Of a stretch of 64,000 nt of DNA, positions 48,537 to 58,371 are shown piece after piece (within the stretch, counting starts at the first letter, position 1; each line of letters starts with the position of its first letter). The translations under genes were made by a program, and so were the position numbers. The notes under the pieces were generated by a model. It ran no database searches, had not been told where the DNA came from, and was given only the letters and a program-made list of their open reading frames with translations. This stretch comes from Microgenomates group bacterium (GTDB lineage Bacteria; Patescibacteriota; Microgenomatia; UBA10105; UBA927), in contig JBAQFJ010000001.1 in NCBI GenBank assembly GCA_049287205.1, forward strand, positions 943,653 to 1,007,652, given 5' to 3'.

Positions 48537-49340
48537 ATGAACAAACAAATACTTTCTACTCAGCTTGAACAATTTGGTCTTGATGAAATTGAGGTTCAAA
48601 TATACCTGAATTTACTCGAAACTGGTGCTAAGACTCCTCTTGATCTTTCTCGTGAAACAAACATTAATCGAACAAAGATATATCGGTATCTTGATCGCTT
48701 GAAGGCAAAAAAGCTTGTTGAGGAAGTCAATTCCGGTCGAGGGATGCATTTAAAAGCATCAGATCCTGAAAATTTACAGATTTTGCTTCTCGAAAAAGAA
48801 CATCAAATAACATCACAAAAAGAATTGCTTCCAGGTTTGCTTCAAGAGCTTACTAAAATACCAAATACGCAGCAGTCATTTTTTGAGATGAAACAATATC
48901 ACGGAGATGACGGGCTCAAACAAATGTTATGGAATTGGTCATCAGCAAAAAAAGAGATTTTATTATATGGGTATCAGACAATGAATGAGATTGTCGGAAG
49001 GAAATTTGCTGAAATGCTCCGTGAGGAGCAGGTAAAAAAGAAGATTACTGTTTATGAAATAGAAGAGGAAATTGATCAAGGTAATTTTACCGGTAAATTT
49101 ACCTATACTGATGTTCAAAATTGGGGTAAGTATTACACTCCTCGATATGTTGATCCAAAATTGTTAAAAATACGGCAATATACAGGTATTTATAATAATA
49201 CGGTTTGCATCATGAATTGGGATCATGGTGTGAAAGTGGGAGTCGAAATTATCAATGAGGTGTACGCTTCAATGCAAAAACAGCTGTTTTGGAACACCTG
49301 GAATCAGATAGGGGAAAAGCCGATTCATTCCAAAAAGTAA
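48537..49340 (+). CDS. TrmB-family (winged HTH) transcriptional regulator
   Basis: N-terminal FGLDEIEVQIYLNLLETGAKTPLDLSRETNINRTKIYRYLDRLKAKKLVEE wHTH. Start at MNKQILS. The longer ORF-track start overlaps the minus-strand ORF. Confidence 0.65.
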   Translation: MNKQILSTQLEQFGLDEIEVQIYLNLLETGAKTPLDLSRETNINRTKIYRYLDRLKAKKLVEEVNSGRGMHLKASDPENLQILLLEKEHQITSQKELLPGLLQELTKIPNTQQSFFEMKQYHGDDGLKQMLWNWSSAKKEILLYGYQTMNEIVGRKFAEMLREEQVKKKITVYEIEEEIDQGNFTGKFTYTDVQNWGKYYTPRYVDPKLLKIRQYTGIYNNTVCIMNWDHGVKVGVEIINEVYASMQKQLFWNTWNQIGEKPIHSKK

Positions 49341-49347
49341 CTTCTAT

Positions 49348-49376
49348 TTGGCAAATAGCCTCATTTCCTGTATAAT
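49348..49376 (+). promoter_or_regulatory. Promoter TTGGCA-17-TGTATAAT (extended -10) upstream of rpsA
   Basis: Read directly from the sequence. Confidence 0.55.
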
Positions 49377-49412
49377 ACCCCTATTCCAATAGAAAGGCGG
49401 AAATAATAATTA

Positions 49413-50597
49413 ATGGCACCAAAGAAAAAGTTCGATAAACAAACTCCAAAAGTCGCGGAGGAAATTGCGACAACGAAAAAAGAGGAAGTAAAAACACCTC
49501 AACCCCCGAAGAAGATCACAGCAACCACGATGGAAGAGCTCTTGTCTCAGACAGGCTATTCCCTCAAAGGCCTCAAAAAAGGTGATGTGGTGGAAGGCAC
49601 TGTGACACGTGTTACTCCAAAAGAAGTTACGATTGAAATCGGTGGCAAAACCGAAGGTGTGGTCATTGACCGCGAACTGGAAAGCTATCGCGATACGATT
49701 TTAGCCTTGAAACCGGGTGATACCGTAACCGCACTCGTTATCGTCGCAGAAAACGATCGAGGACAATCCGTACTTTCCCTCAGGAAAAGCATTTTTGAAA
49801 AACAATGGAATGGGCTCACTGACAAGCAGAAGAGTGGGGAAGCCATTGAAGTGCTCCTAAAAGAGCTTGTTCGTGGCGGTATGCTCGTTGATTGTGGCGG
49901 ACTTCGTGGATACATCCCACAGTCACAATTTGACAGTGCAACAAGTAAAACTCTTGATAAAATGGTCGGCCGTCGTATGGCTGTCAAAGTCATGGAAGTT
50001 GATCAGGCATCAAACCGTTTGATCTTCTCCCAACGCGCAATGACCGAAGAGGCAAATCTTTCCAAACAGAAAGAACTTTTGGAACTTATTAAAGTCGGCG
50101 ATACCGTGGAAGCAAAAGTAACAGGTGTTGTGCCATTTGGTGCATTTGCCAAATTCTCCGTGGAAAAAGACGGAGAAAAGCATGATATTGAAGGTCTCAT
50201 CCACATTTCTGAAATTGCGTGGGAAAAAGTTGAAGATCCAGGACAATACATCAAAGCCAATGACACCGTGAAGGTAAAAGTCATCGGCATTGATGAAAAA
50301 TCAGGGAAGATGACGTTGTCACTCAAACAATTATTGCCAGATCCATGGGAACATGTCCTTGATATGTTCGAAAAAGATACACAAGTCAAAGGGACAGTCT
50401 CCCGTGTATCTCCATATGGCGTCTTTGTGAATCTTTCACCGGGTATTGACGGACTCATCCATATTTCCAAGATTTCCCCAGGGGAAGAACCGAAAGTTGG
50501 CGATGCAATCACAGTGAACATCGAAGATATTCAGCCAGACAAACGAAAAATTAGTTTGTCCATGACGCTTACTGAAAAACCAATTGGGTACCGGTAA
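49413..50597 (+). CDS. rpsA: 30S ribosomal protein S1 (four S1 domains)
   Basis: Repeated S1 OB-fold signatures (GDVVEGTVTRV..., GDTVEAKVTGV..., GTVSRVSPYGVFV...). Confidence 0.8.
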   Translation: MAPKKKFDKQTPKVAEEIATTKKEEVKTPQPPKKITATTMEELLSQTGYSLKGLKKGDVVEGTVTRVTPKEVTIEIGGKTEGVVIDRELESYRDTILALKPGDTVTALVIVAENDRGQSVLSLRKSIFEKQWNGLTDKQKSGEAIEVLLKELVRGGMLVDCGGLRGYIPQSQFDSATSKTLDKMVGRRMAVKVMEVDQASNRLIFSQRAMTEEANLSKQKELLELIKVGDTVEAKVTGVVPFGAFAKFSVEKDGEKHDIEGLIHISEIAWEKVEDPGQYIKANDTVKVKVIGIDEKSGKMTLSLKQLLPDPWEHVLDMFEKDTQVKGTVSRVSPYGVFVNLSPGIDGLIHISKISPGEEPKVGDAITVNIEDIQPDKRKISLSMTLTEKPIGYR

Positions 50598-50608
50598 ACC
50601 ATACTTTT

Positions 50609-51298
50609 ATGGCATTTGAGAATATCAGACCACCTCATATTGAGGTCGGCACAATCGTCCGAAAGGTTCCTATAACACCTGACGTTAAGCAGATGATCGG
50701 TGAATCATTGCTGACGCGACTGAATCCTGATAATGAATCGCATATATTTGCGGCGCATCGGCTTGACAGGAAAAGTGCAGAAGCCGGACTTCTTACTACA
50801 GATGGCAAACCCGAGTTACTTTCAGCAGAAGATTTCAGGAATTGGACGCACGCAGGAGACACACGGGAGAATCCGTGGAGAAAATTAGACCTCGTGCAAC
50901 AGGAAGGTGATATGAAAGCGACGGGATTTATCAATTCTTATGCGCCCGAGCGTGGTGTGAAGAAAACCCTTCTGGAACATGGTGCGATTACCAATAAAAA
51001 AGCAGTCATTGATGAAATTGAATGGTATATGCCGGAAATGACTGAAATAAGTGAAAATAAGATAGTGATGCAACATATGTCTGACAGATTTAAACACGGA
51101 ACGGATGTCGTCACGCATTGGGTCGATGTGGGGGATATCAACGACGATATACGAGGGTTACACAAGCAACTTGGATTTAAAGAAGTATATAAGCAATCCT
51201 ACATGGGCGAGGAAGAGGACAGTATTTGTTTTGTCGCTGACCGTTCTTCTTTTGCCCGCGCGATGCTTGAACAATTAGCTGCTCCGGCCGGAAAATAA
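50609..51298 (+). CDS. Hypothetical protein (229 aa, possibly GNAT-like fold)
   Basis: No confident motif. The beta-rich C-terminal half weakly resembles acetyltransferases. Confidence 0.35.
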   Translation: MAFENIRPPHIEVGTIVRKVPITPDVKQMIGESLLTRLNPDNESHIFAAHRLDRKSAEAGLLTTDGKPELLSAEDFRNWTHAGDTRENPWRKLDLVQQEGDMKATGFINSYAPERGVKKTLLEHGAITNKKAVIDEIEWYMPEMTEISENKIVMQHMSDRFKHGTDVVTHWVDVGDINDDIRGLHKQLGFKEVYKQSYMGEEEDSICFVADRSSFARAMLEQLAAPAGK

Positions 51299-51320
51299 AG
51301 ACGTGATATAATCCTCTCAC

Positions 51321-52628
51321 ATGAAGCAACGGTCCTCATTTGTGTGTCAACAATGTTCTGCAGAGTTTCCGCAGTGGTACGGGAAATGCCCAAACTGTGA
51401 TTCATGGAACTCACTGGTCGAGACGGTAAAGGAAAGTGAATCAACATCCTCAGGAGCATTCCACAAAAAAGTTATCAATGCGACTGCTCCCCAAAAACTC
51501 TCCGCTGTAAAACACATTGAGAAAAATCGTCTCAAAAGCGGGATTCCGGAATTTGACCGCGTGATGGGTGGGGGGATTGTTCCCGGATCTGTCACTCTTC
51601 TTGCCGGAGACCCCGGAGTCGGAAAATCAACATTGCTTCTTCATGTTCTCTCACCAATCGGTGGACTTTATGTTTCCGGTGAAGAATCGAGTGAACAGAT
51701 TAAACTTCGTGCAAAACGAATGGGAATTGACGGGGAAAATATCATGGTTCTTGCAGAAACGGTCTTAGAGGGCATTACAGAGGCTCTTTCAAAAAACACC
51801 TCTTTTCCTCTTATTATCATTGATTCCATTCAAACAATAGCCTCAAATGAACTTGAAGGGATGGCTGGATCAGTAGGACAGATCAGATATTGTGCTGAGG
51901 AGCTCGTGAATTTTGCAAAATCAAAAGGTGTTCCTATTCTTATCATCGGACACGTTACCAAAGAAGGGGAGATTGCGGGACCAAAAGTTCTCGAACATAT
52001 GGTCGATACGGTTTTGTATCTTGAGGGAGAACGGTATCAGGATGCAAGAATATTGCGGACTCTCAAAAATCGGTTTGGTGCAGTTGAAGAGGTGGGAATT
52101 TTTGAAATGAAGGAAAATGGACTGAAGGAGATAGCCAATCCTTCCGAGCTATTCTTGCAAGACCGAGTAAAGAATGTACCTGGGTCGGTTGTGACGGTAA
52201 TTCTTGAAGGCACCCGTCCACTTTTGGTTGAAATTCAGGCTTTGGTGGTACCAAGTCAGATACCGATTCCCCGCAGAGTTGCAAACGGTTTTGATTACAA
52301 TAGACTACAACTTCTGATTGCGATTTTGCAGAAACGATGCGGGTTGCCACTTGGTACATCAGACGTTTTTGTCAATGTGAGCGGTGGATTAAAAATTACA
52401 GAGCGTGCGTGTGATTTGGCCGTAGCTGCCGCGATAATCAGTTCATATAAAAATATCGCACTCGACACAAAAACGGCATTATTTGGTGAGGTAGGACTTC
52501 TTGGAGAGGTGCGGCATGTGGGGCAGGAAGAGCGTCGGGAAAAAGAAGCAAAACGTTTAGGATTTACGACCGTACTTGCCAGCAAAACCACAAAAAATCT
52601 TCAACAACTGCAGAAAATTTTGCAATGA
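51321..52628 (+). CDS. radA: DNA repair protein RadA/Sms
   Basis: N-terminal C4 zinc finger (CQQCSAEFPQWYGKCPNCDSW), Walker A GDPGVGKSTLLL, and a C-terminal Lon-like domain. Confidence 0.85.
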   Translation: MKQRSSFVCQQCSAEFPQWYGKCPNCDSWNSLVETVKESESTSSGAFHKKVINATAPQKLSAVKHIEKNRLKSGIPEFDRVMGGGIVPGSVTLLAGDPGVGKSTLLLHVLSPIGGLYVSGEESSEQIKLRAKRMGIDGENIMVLAETVLEGITEALSKNTSFPLIIIDSIQTIASNELEGMAGSVGQIRYCAEELVNFAKSKGVPILIIGHVTKEGEIAGPKVLEHMVDTVLYLEGERYQDARILRTLKNRFGAVEEVGIFEMKENGLKEIANPSELFLQDRVKNVPGSVVTVILEGTRPLLVEIQALVVPSQIPIPRRVANGFDYNRLQLLIAILQKRCGLPLGTSDVFVNVSGGLKITERACDLAVAAAIISSYKNIALDTKTALFGEVGLLGEVRHVGQEERREKEAKRLGFTTVLASKTTKNLQQLQKILQ

Positions 52629-52633
52629 GGACT

Positions 52634-53419
52634 TCAAGGGTGCGATTCATTAAACGCCGTGAGACGTTGTAATGCAGATTCAGATTGGAAAAACCAAGCA
52701 AGAGATGCAGTAAACGGATCATTTCCCTTTCCAATTTGTTGAAATAATCCAGTTGCCCAATCATTTCGAAGAAGTTTATCAGGATATTTGGCTTTAGAGT
52801 TGTAGAATATTGGAGTGATTTTTTGTAATGCTCTGATGTTTTCTTCCGGCAGATGGGGAATTTTTATATACCGAGTTACTCCAATGACGCGACCAGCATA
52901 TATATCAGGCACATATATTGCACTGTTTTTTTCAGACGATCTAATTACATCCCAATTACGGTGTTCAAATTGTTTGGTTTCCTGCGTTGGATTTTTGCTT
53001 ATTTCTGTGGAGATTTCTCTATATTGTTTCATTATCCAAGAGACAGCTTCGCTGTCACAAAAATCTTTCCGTTCAAGTGTGTTGAGAATATTTTGTTGAA
53101 GATCAATCGGTTCTTCCTGGAAATTAAGAAAAACTGAATCTGCAAGATTAGTAAGCACTGCTTGTGTTTCTTCCGGTTTTTTAACTTTTCCCAAAAGGTG
53201 GTAGAGTAAACTAGTTCTTTCGCCGTCTTCTCTTATCATTGCGTTGAATGTGAATTCTTTTTGATACGCATCAGCTATATCGACCATGTTGGAAAATGTT
53301 TGTGGGCTTAAAAAATTTGAATATGCTGTAAAGAGTCCTTTGGCGAATGGGGGAGAAGTCGGTTCATATCCGAGATGTTCAAGTGTGGGCACTCGATCCT
53401 GACTTTCGATTGGAGCCAT
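52634..53419 (-). CDS. Hypothetical protein (261 aa)
   Basis: No recognised domain. Confidence 0.4.
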   Translation of the reverse strand: MAPIESQDRVPTLEHLGYEPTSPPFAKGLFTAYSNFLSPQTFSNMVDIADAYQKEFTFNAMIREDGERTSLLYHLLGKVKKPEETQAVLTNLADSVFLNFQEEPIDLQQNILNTLERKDFCDSEAVSWIMKQYREISTEISKNPTQETKQFEHRNWDVIRSSEKNSAIYVPDIYAGRVIGVTRYIKIPHLPEENIRALQKITPIFYNSKAKYPDKLLRNDWATGLFQQIGKGNDPFTASLAWFFQSESALQRLTAFNESHP

Positions 53420-53564
53420 GTAAAAGATGAGTATACCACCATTTTTTGTAAATGCAAGCTATGAGTATATATACTATCCAATACTTCGGTATTTTCCTTA
53501 TTTTATTAGTATTTTTTATTATTTTCAGATTCGTTTCATTGTTTCTGTGGTACAATGGGATTCG

Positions 53565-54356
53565 ATGAAAAAAGGAATTATTCAACCGGTTGTTCAGAAG
53601 CGCGCAGAAAAAAGTGTAACGCCGTCATCTGCGTTTACCAAGGAACTTGCGCAGGAGATTGTGCGTAATCTTACTGCATTTGGAAAATTGACAGCCCGAC
53701 CATTTCAAAAACGTACCCACCCACTAGCCAAGAAAAAATCAATACCGCCAGTTGGTGAATACCCAGTGCTTGTGGATACGAGTGTCCTTATTGATGGAAG
53801 AATCCTGCCGATTGTAAACAGCGGGTTTTTTGTGGCTACACTTATCGTCCCACAATTTGTGCTTGCAGAGATTCAGCATATTGCCGATAGCGCCGATATG
53901 ATCAGACGTTCAAAGGGAAGACGGGGAATGGACGTGGTGAACGCCTTAAAAAATCAACGGGTGAATGCAGGAGTGAAAGTGAAAATTGTGGCGGATGATC
54001 CGCAGGAGATCAAAGAAGTCGATCATAAGCTTGCATATTTGTCTAAACTTTGGAAAGCACGGCTTTTAACCGTTGATTTTAATCTTGCACAGATGGCCCG
54101 TGCGCAGGGTGTAAAAGTATTGAATGTGAATGATCTTGCACAAGCGCTTAAAGTTGCGCTCATTTCCGGCGAAGAGTTAACCGTAAAGATCACGCATAGT
54201 GGAAAAGAACGGAATCAAGGGGTCGGGTACTTGCCCGACGGAACCATGGTGGTGGTCGAGGATACCAAAGAGCGGATAGGACAAGATGTGGTGGTGGTTA
54301 TTACAAAAGTACATCAGACGCCCGCAGGACAGTTATTCTTCGCACGGCTTAAATAA
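53565..54356 (+). CDS. PIN + TRAM domain protein (YacL-like)
   Basis: PIN N-terminal acidic residues (VLVDTSVLIDGRI) and a C-terminal TRAM OB-fold (VGYLPDGTMVVVEDTKERIGQDVVVVITKV). Start at MKKGII, preceded by a TACAAT -10 element. Confidence 0.65.
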   Translation: MKKGIIQPVVQKRAEKSVTPSSAFTKELAQEIVRNLTAFGKLTARPFQKRTHPLAKKKSIPPVGEYPVLVDTSVLIDGRILPIVNSGFFVATLIVPQFVLAEIQHIADSADMIRRSKGRRGMDVVNALKNQRVNAGVKVKIVADDPQEIKEVDHKLAYLSKLWKARLLTVDFNLAQMARAQGVKVLNVNDLAQALKVALISGEELTVKITHSGKERNQGVGYLPDGTMVVVEDTKERIGQDVVVVITKVHQTPAGQLFFARLK

Positions 54357-54592
54357 TCCTCTCATCGTAGAACACGTCTTTATAAAAGACGTTCGCATAG
54401 GTATGTTCAACTTCGTAGTTGTTCTCGCTCACTAAGAGACAATGTCAATTACAGTAAAGATGTATGTTTGAGGCGTACTATGACATTTTCTGTTCTTTTT
54501 TAAAGCCGTATTCTACGCTTTTTTGAATATTTCTCCATATATATAGGAAGGATAGGGGAAAGGGGTTATCCTGAAGTTATCCACAAAAAGTT

Positions 54593-54889
54593 TTGAAAAT
54601 ACAAAGAGAGCGTAATGACAATATAATTATCATTAAAATAACTATAAGACTATGGTTTTTGACAGCAATATTTCCTATGGGACTTGACAAGGTCGAGAAA
54701 AAGGTTTTCAATGAATATATGTCAGTAAAACTACTGCTCAAGCAGATGGGTTTGGGAAGTTCAGGAGATAAGGCTAAGGCGCGGCTATCTCCGATGGTTC
54801 GTGAGCGCCAATCGTTTGAATCTGAGGTTCGGCGACAATTTGTCGAACTGAAGAAAAAGGGAATCAGTATTCCCGTATTTACGTTATAA
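54593..54889 (+). CDS. Possible small protein. The real start may be an internal Met (MGLDK or MSVKLL, 56-70 aa).
   Basis: The ORF is followed 30 nt later by a clean intrinsic terminator. No recognised domain. Confidence 0.3.
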   Translation: MKIQRERNDNIIIIKITIRLWFLTAIFPMGLDKVEKKVFNEYMSVKLLLKQMGLGSSGDKAKARLSPMVRERQSFESEVRRQFVELKKKGISIPVFTL

Positions 54890-54920
54890 CAAACAGTATT
54901 TACTAGCAGATTTGGGGGAA

Positions 54921-54950
54921 AAGACCACCGATGAGGTGGTCTTTTTTGTT
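54921..54950 (+). terminator. Intrinsic terminator AAGACCACC-GATGA-GGTGGTCTT followed by TTTTTGTTT
   Basis: Read directly from the sequence. Confidence 0.7.
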
Positions 54951-54988
54951 TCAGGAATTACTCAGGAAAGAGTAGGAAAATAGAAGAG

Positions 54989-55005
54989 GATTTGGGTTTG
55001 GGTCA
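54989..55005. repeat. 17-bp repeat GATTTGGGTTTGGGTCA, copy 1, in the non-coding island
   Basis: An identical 17-mer occurs at 55147-55163. A related AGCAGATTTGGG occurs at 54905 and 55143. Confidence 0.6.
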
Positions 55006-55146
55006 AAGGTGTTCCACCACATTTTCCTTCTCGCCTTAGTTCATTCGAACTGCGGCTCGAAGAGCGATTGTTGGCGGACAATAAAGACTAATTTCGAAGA
55101 CTCAATAAGTCTTTATTGCATTAAAAAAGCATCACTACCGCTAGCA

Positions 55147-55163
55147 GATTTGGGTTTGGGTCA
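55147..55163. repeat. 17-bp repeat GATTTGGGTTTGGGTCA, copy 2
   Basis: Identical to copy 1. Confidence 0.6.
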
Positions 55164-55508
55164 CCTTTTTCAAGATGATTTTGCTACGAATAGTAATGCT
55201 TTTCTTTTGGATATTGCCGTAAAGCAATATCTTATACCGCAGAATAACGAAAATGAGTAAATGTTGTCAAATTTTTTTTTGAAGCTAAATTATTTCACGC
55301 GGATTGTTGGAATGGCAAAATTTCATGATGAATTTCACGCCATAAAAAAAGTCGAGATATGCTGTATGGGAAATAGTTTGCCTGCCCAACAAACTATTCC
55401 CCGTACAAAACACCTCGACCGTTTTTTTTGAAAAAAGATTTTTTATAAAAATCTTATAGTTTGCCGATTGTAACGCGACAACGGGAAGTTGTCAATTAGG
55501 GAGATGCC

Positions 55509-56780
55509 CTATAACGATTCTTTTTTTAGGAGAGTGTGTGCAGCAAGTTTTCCAAATTCCACTGCATAGTTCGTTCCGCGATCCCATGGATAGATAGAAT
55601 CAAGATTTGCCAGATATATGTGTTTGTATGGTGTGACAATTACAGGTGCACACTTCGAATAATTGCAGGTATGCACGGGCTGCGCGTTAGGAACGGTAAA
55701 TAGAAACATGTTGGTGATATCTTTTTTTGAAAAATGAGGAGCAATTTTTTTGAGGTATGGGAAAAAGAGTGCTAGCAGTTCCTCTTTCGTTTTTGTAATG
55801 AATGCATGACCATCCGGCAGATAATTGCCGACATAACAAATATGGTTTCCTCCATAGTGGGATGACGCAATCATATTTGTGTGATCAACAACTGCCAAAA
55901 ATGGAAATGATCGGTCGTTAATGTTGAGCCAATACGTCTTGTTGAGTATTGGTTTTTTTGTTTCAAGAATGAGTGTTTGCGCCCAAAGGTGTGGAATTGC
56001 AAGTAATTGTTTTTTGTAGTGTTCGTCAAACCCGCCGATTGCCGCGGCAATTGAGGAGGGGACAGTATAGAGGATTGCATCAAACTGACGCTCATTGATG
56101 AGAAATCCGGTTGTCGTTTTTTTGATTGCTGTTATTGTGGTATTTGTCAGTATAGTGCCGCTATTTTTTTTGACAGCGTCTGCTAGCACTTCAACAAACC
56201 GAGAAAATCCGCCTCGAAAATACCCGAGACGGGGGGTTCTTTTGTAGAGTCTCGCCCAAAGCCAAGATGCTGCCACTTTGTCTGCGAATGGCCCAAATTT
56301 TGCGTCCAAGAGCGGTTCCCAGATCCGCTGCCATGCAATTTTACCGTTGATAATCTGAAATAATTTTTTTGCTGTGATGTGTTCGAGTGGCTTCCAAAAT
56401 GGATTGCATTTCATGAGGGCCGCAGTCATCCCCGTTCTTACGCGATCAATAAACGGCAATCCCGGGAATTTTAAAATAGTGAGTGGTGTGTCAAATGGAT
56501 GTTGCTCGCCATTAAGATATATAGAAGTGGTTGGGGAGAGGATAAGCATATCGTTTTTTAGTCCAAGTTCACGGGCAAGACTGATGAGTGCGCGGTCGTT
56601 GGTAAAAAAATGGTGATAGGTTTTTTCCAATTTCCAGCTCCATGAGGCGCTAGAAAAACCGTTTGCGAGTCCTCCGAGTGATTCATCCTTTTCAAACACA
56701 GTAACCGCGGCACCGCGTTTAGTGAGTTCATATGCGGCACTTAGCCCTGTGATCCCGCCGCCGATGATTGCAACATTCAT
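55509..56780 (-). CDS. FAD-dependent oxidoreductase of the UDP-galactopyranose mutase (Glf) / amine-oxidase-like superfamily
   Basis: N-terminal MNVAIIGGGITGLSAAYEL...VFEKDESLGGL dinucleotide fold, and TYHHFFTND resembling the Glf GAHIFHTND motif. Length 423 aa. Confidence 0.5.
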   Translation of the reverse strand: MNVAIIGGGITGLSAAYELTKRGAAVTVFEKDESLGGLANGFSSASWSWKLEKTYHHFFTNDRALISLARELGLKNDMLILSPTTSIYLNGEQHPFDTPLTILKFPGLPFIDRVRTGMTAALMKCNPFWKPLEHITAKKLFQIINGKIAWQRIWEPLLDAKFGPFADKVAASWLWARLYKRTPRLGYFRGGFSRFVEVLADAVKKNSGTILTNTTITAIKKTTTGFLINERQFDAILYTVPSSIAAAIGGFDEHYKKQLLAIPHLWAQTLILETKKPILNKTYWLNINDRSFPFLAVVDHTNMIASSHYGGNHICYVGNYLPDGHAFITKTKEELLALFFPYLKKIAPHFSKKDITNMFLFTVPNAQPVHTCNYSKCAPVIVTPYKHIYLANLDSIYPWDRGTNYAVEFGKLAAHTLLKKESL

Positions 56781-56874
56781 ACTGGAAGAAATTGTAGCAC
56801 AAACAGAGCGTGATACTGTTTGTTTTATTGCTAGACTGAGACATTCACGATATACTTATGTTCGGAATTCTTGT

Positions 56875-57768
56875 ATGTTTCGCTTATTTCAAAAAACGCT
56901 TTTGTATCAGCTTCTTTTTCTTCTTCGTCCGTGGCATTGGGTGAAAAATATCGCAGTCTACGTGCCTATTGTGTTTGCCGGACTTTTGTTTACCTCAGCT
57001 GCTTTTTGGCAAACAACCATTGCGTTTCTTTCCTTATGTTTTCTTTCGTCATCACATTACATTATCAATGACATTGTGGATGCGCCAAAAGACAAGCTAG
57101 ACAGCAACCGGAAACATCGTCCTATTGCATCCTCCGCAATTTCTGTGGAACTTGCATGGTTTGTATGGTGTGTCTGTGTCGGTATCGGATTTTTTATCGC
57201 CTCGCAACTGGGGAGTTCATTTTTTATTGTCGCTCTTACCTATTCGTTTGTTCATTATCTTCTATTATTTATTTTCCGTCATATGCCCATTCTTGATATT
57301 ATGGCGCTTGCAACAGGATATATACTCCGAATATTTGCGGGTGAAGTCGCATCGGATATTCATATATCCATTTGGCTTGCACTTTCGGCATTTTCTCTTG
57401 CCCTGCTGTTTGCTGTTTCTAAACGGAGACATGAATGGAATATGAAACAGGCAACTGTTGTGAAAGAACGGTATTCTGAACGATTGCTTGATACGTACAT
57501 AGCTGTTTTTGCAACCTCATCATTTCTTTCCTATACGTATTTTACGTTTCTTTCGACGTTTTCGTTGGAGGGGGTGACGGGAGCCGGTAGAAAATGGCTG
57601 ATGATAACAACCCCATTTGTGTTATATGGCATACTTCGGTTTCTTCAGCAGCTGTATGAAGAAAAGCAAAAAACATTTCAACGATTACTGGTGACTGATG
57701 CGCCACTTCTGATTACCGCATTTGGGTGGGGAATATCAGTACTCGTCATCATCTACGGATTGCGCTAA
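56875..57768 (+). CDS. UbiA-family prenyltransferase resembling decaprenyl-phosphate phosphoribosyltransferase (DPPR synthase, Rv3806c-like)
   Basis: NDIVDAPKDKLDSNRKHRPIASS (NDxxDxxxD...RPIAS) motif and about 8 TM helices. Start at MFRLFQ; the ORF-track GTG start at 56722 overlaps the upstream gene. Confidence 0.6.
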   Translation: MFRLFQKTLLYQLLFLLRPWHWVKNIAVYVPIVFAGLLFTSAAFWQTTIAFLSLCFLSSSHYIINDIVDAPKDKLDSNRKHRPIASSAISVELAWFVWCVCVGIGFFIASQLGSSFFIVALTYSFVHYLLLFIFRHMPILDIMALATGYILRIFAGEVASDIHISIWLALSAFSLALLFAVSKRRHEWNMKQATVVKERYSERLLDTYIAVFATSSFLSYTYFTFLSTFSLEGVTGAGRKWLMITTPFVLYGILRFLQQLYEEKQKTFQRLLVTDAPLLITAFGWGISVLVIIYGLR

Positions 57769-57771
57769 AAT

Positions 57772-58365
57772 GTGATGCATATGACTCCACGACACCCGCA
57801 CTCCACAAAACCCATTCGTATAGGATTGGATTTTGACGGGGTTGTTGCAGCAAATCCGCTTCGTATTGTTCGCGGTCCGATTACATTCATTAAACGTCAT
57901 ATTTTCAAAAAGAAAAAAACGGAATTTTATATTCCGACATCGCCCCTCATGAAATTTGCGTTTTGGTTGCCGCACCAATGGAGTGTTTTTCCGGGGTACG
58001 GTGTAGGGATACTGAAACAATTGGTTCATGAAGGGAATGTGGAAGCATGCATTGTCAGCGGCAGATACGGGTATCTGGATGCACAGATTCCCATTTGGTT
58101 GAAGCGGCGTGGGCTGGATAAGACGTTTACTGCCGTGTATGCAAATGAGAAGAATGAGCAGCCGCATATATTTAAAGAACGGATGCTCAAGAAACTGCAG
58201 TTGGATTATTTTATTGAGGATAATTTGGATATTGTGCTGTATCTGGCACCGCGTGTGAAAACAAAAATTTTATGGATTTACAATAGTTTTGACTTCGCCT
58301 TTCCGTATGATGCAAAATATGCATCTGTTTTTCAGGCACTCAAAACACTTATGGCGCATCGGTAA
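57772..58365 (+). CDS. HAD-superfamily phosphatase
   Basis: IGLDFDGVV (DxDG) motif I. Located directly after the UbiA-like gene. Confidence 0.55.
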   Translation: MMHMTPRHPHSTKPIRIGLDFDGVVAANPLRIVRGPITFIKRHIFKKKKTEFYIPTSPLMKFAFWLPHQWSVFPGYGVGILKQLVHEGNVEACIVSGRYGYLDAQIPIWLKRRGLDKTFTAVYANEKNEQPHIFKERMLKKLQLDYFIEDNLDIVLYLAPRVKTKILWIYNSFDFAFPYDAKYASVFQALKTLMAHR

Positions 58366-58371
58366 ATACCA

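Noticed and set aside
54577-54585. oriC call based on a perfect DnaA box
   Set aside because: There is a single consensus box plus one degenerate box and no dnaA gene nearby, which is insufficient. The region is reported as a non-coding island instead.
56722-56874. GTG-initiated N-terminal extension of the UbiA-like gene given by the ORF track
   Set aside because: It overlaps the 5' end of the upstream minus-strand gene by 59 nt, and the extension has no membrane-protein character. The Met at 56875 (MFRLFQ) fits the UbiA family N-terminus.
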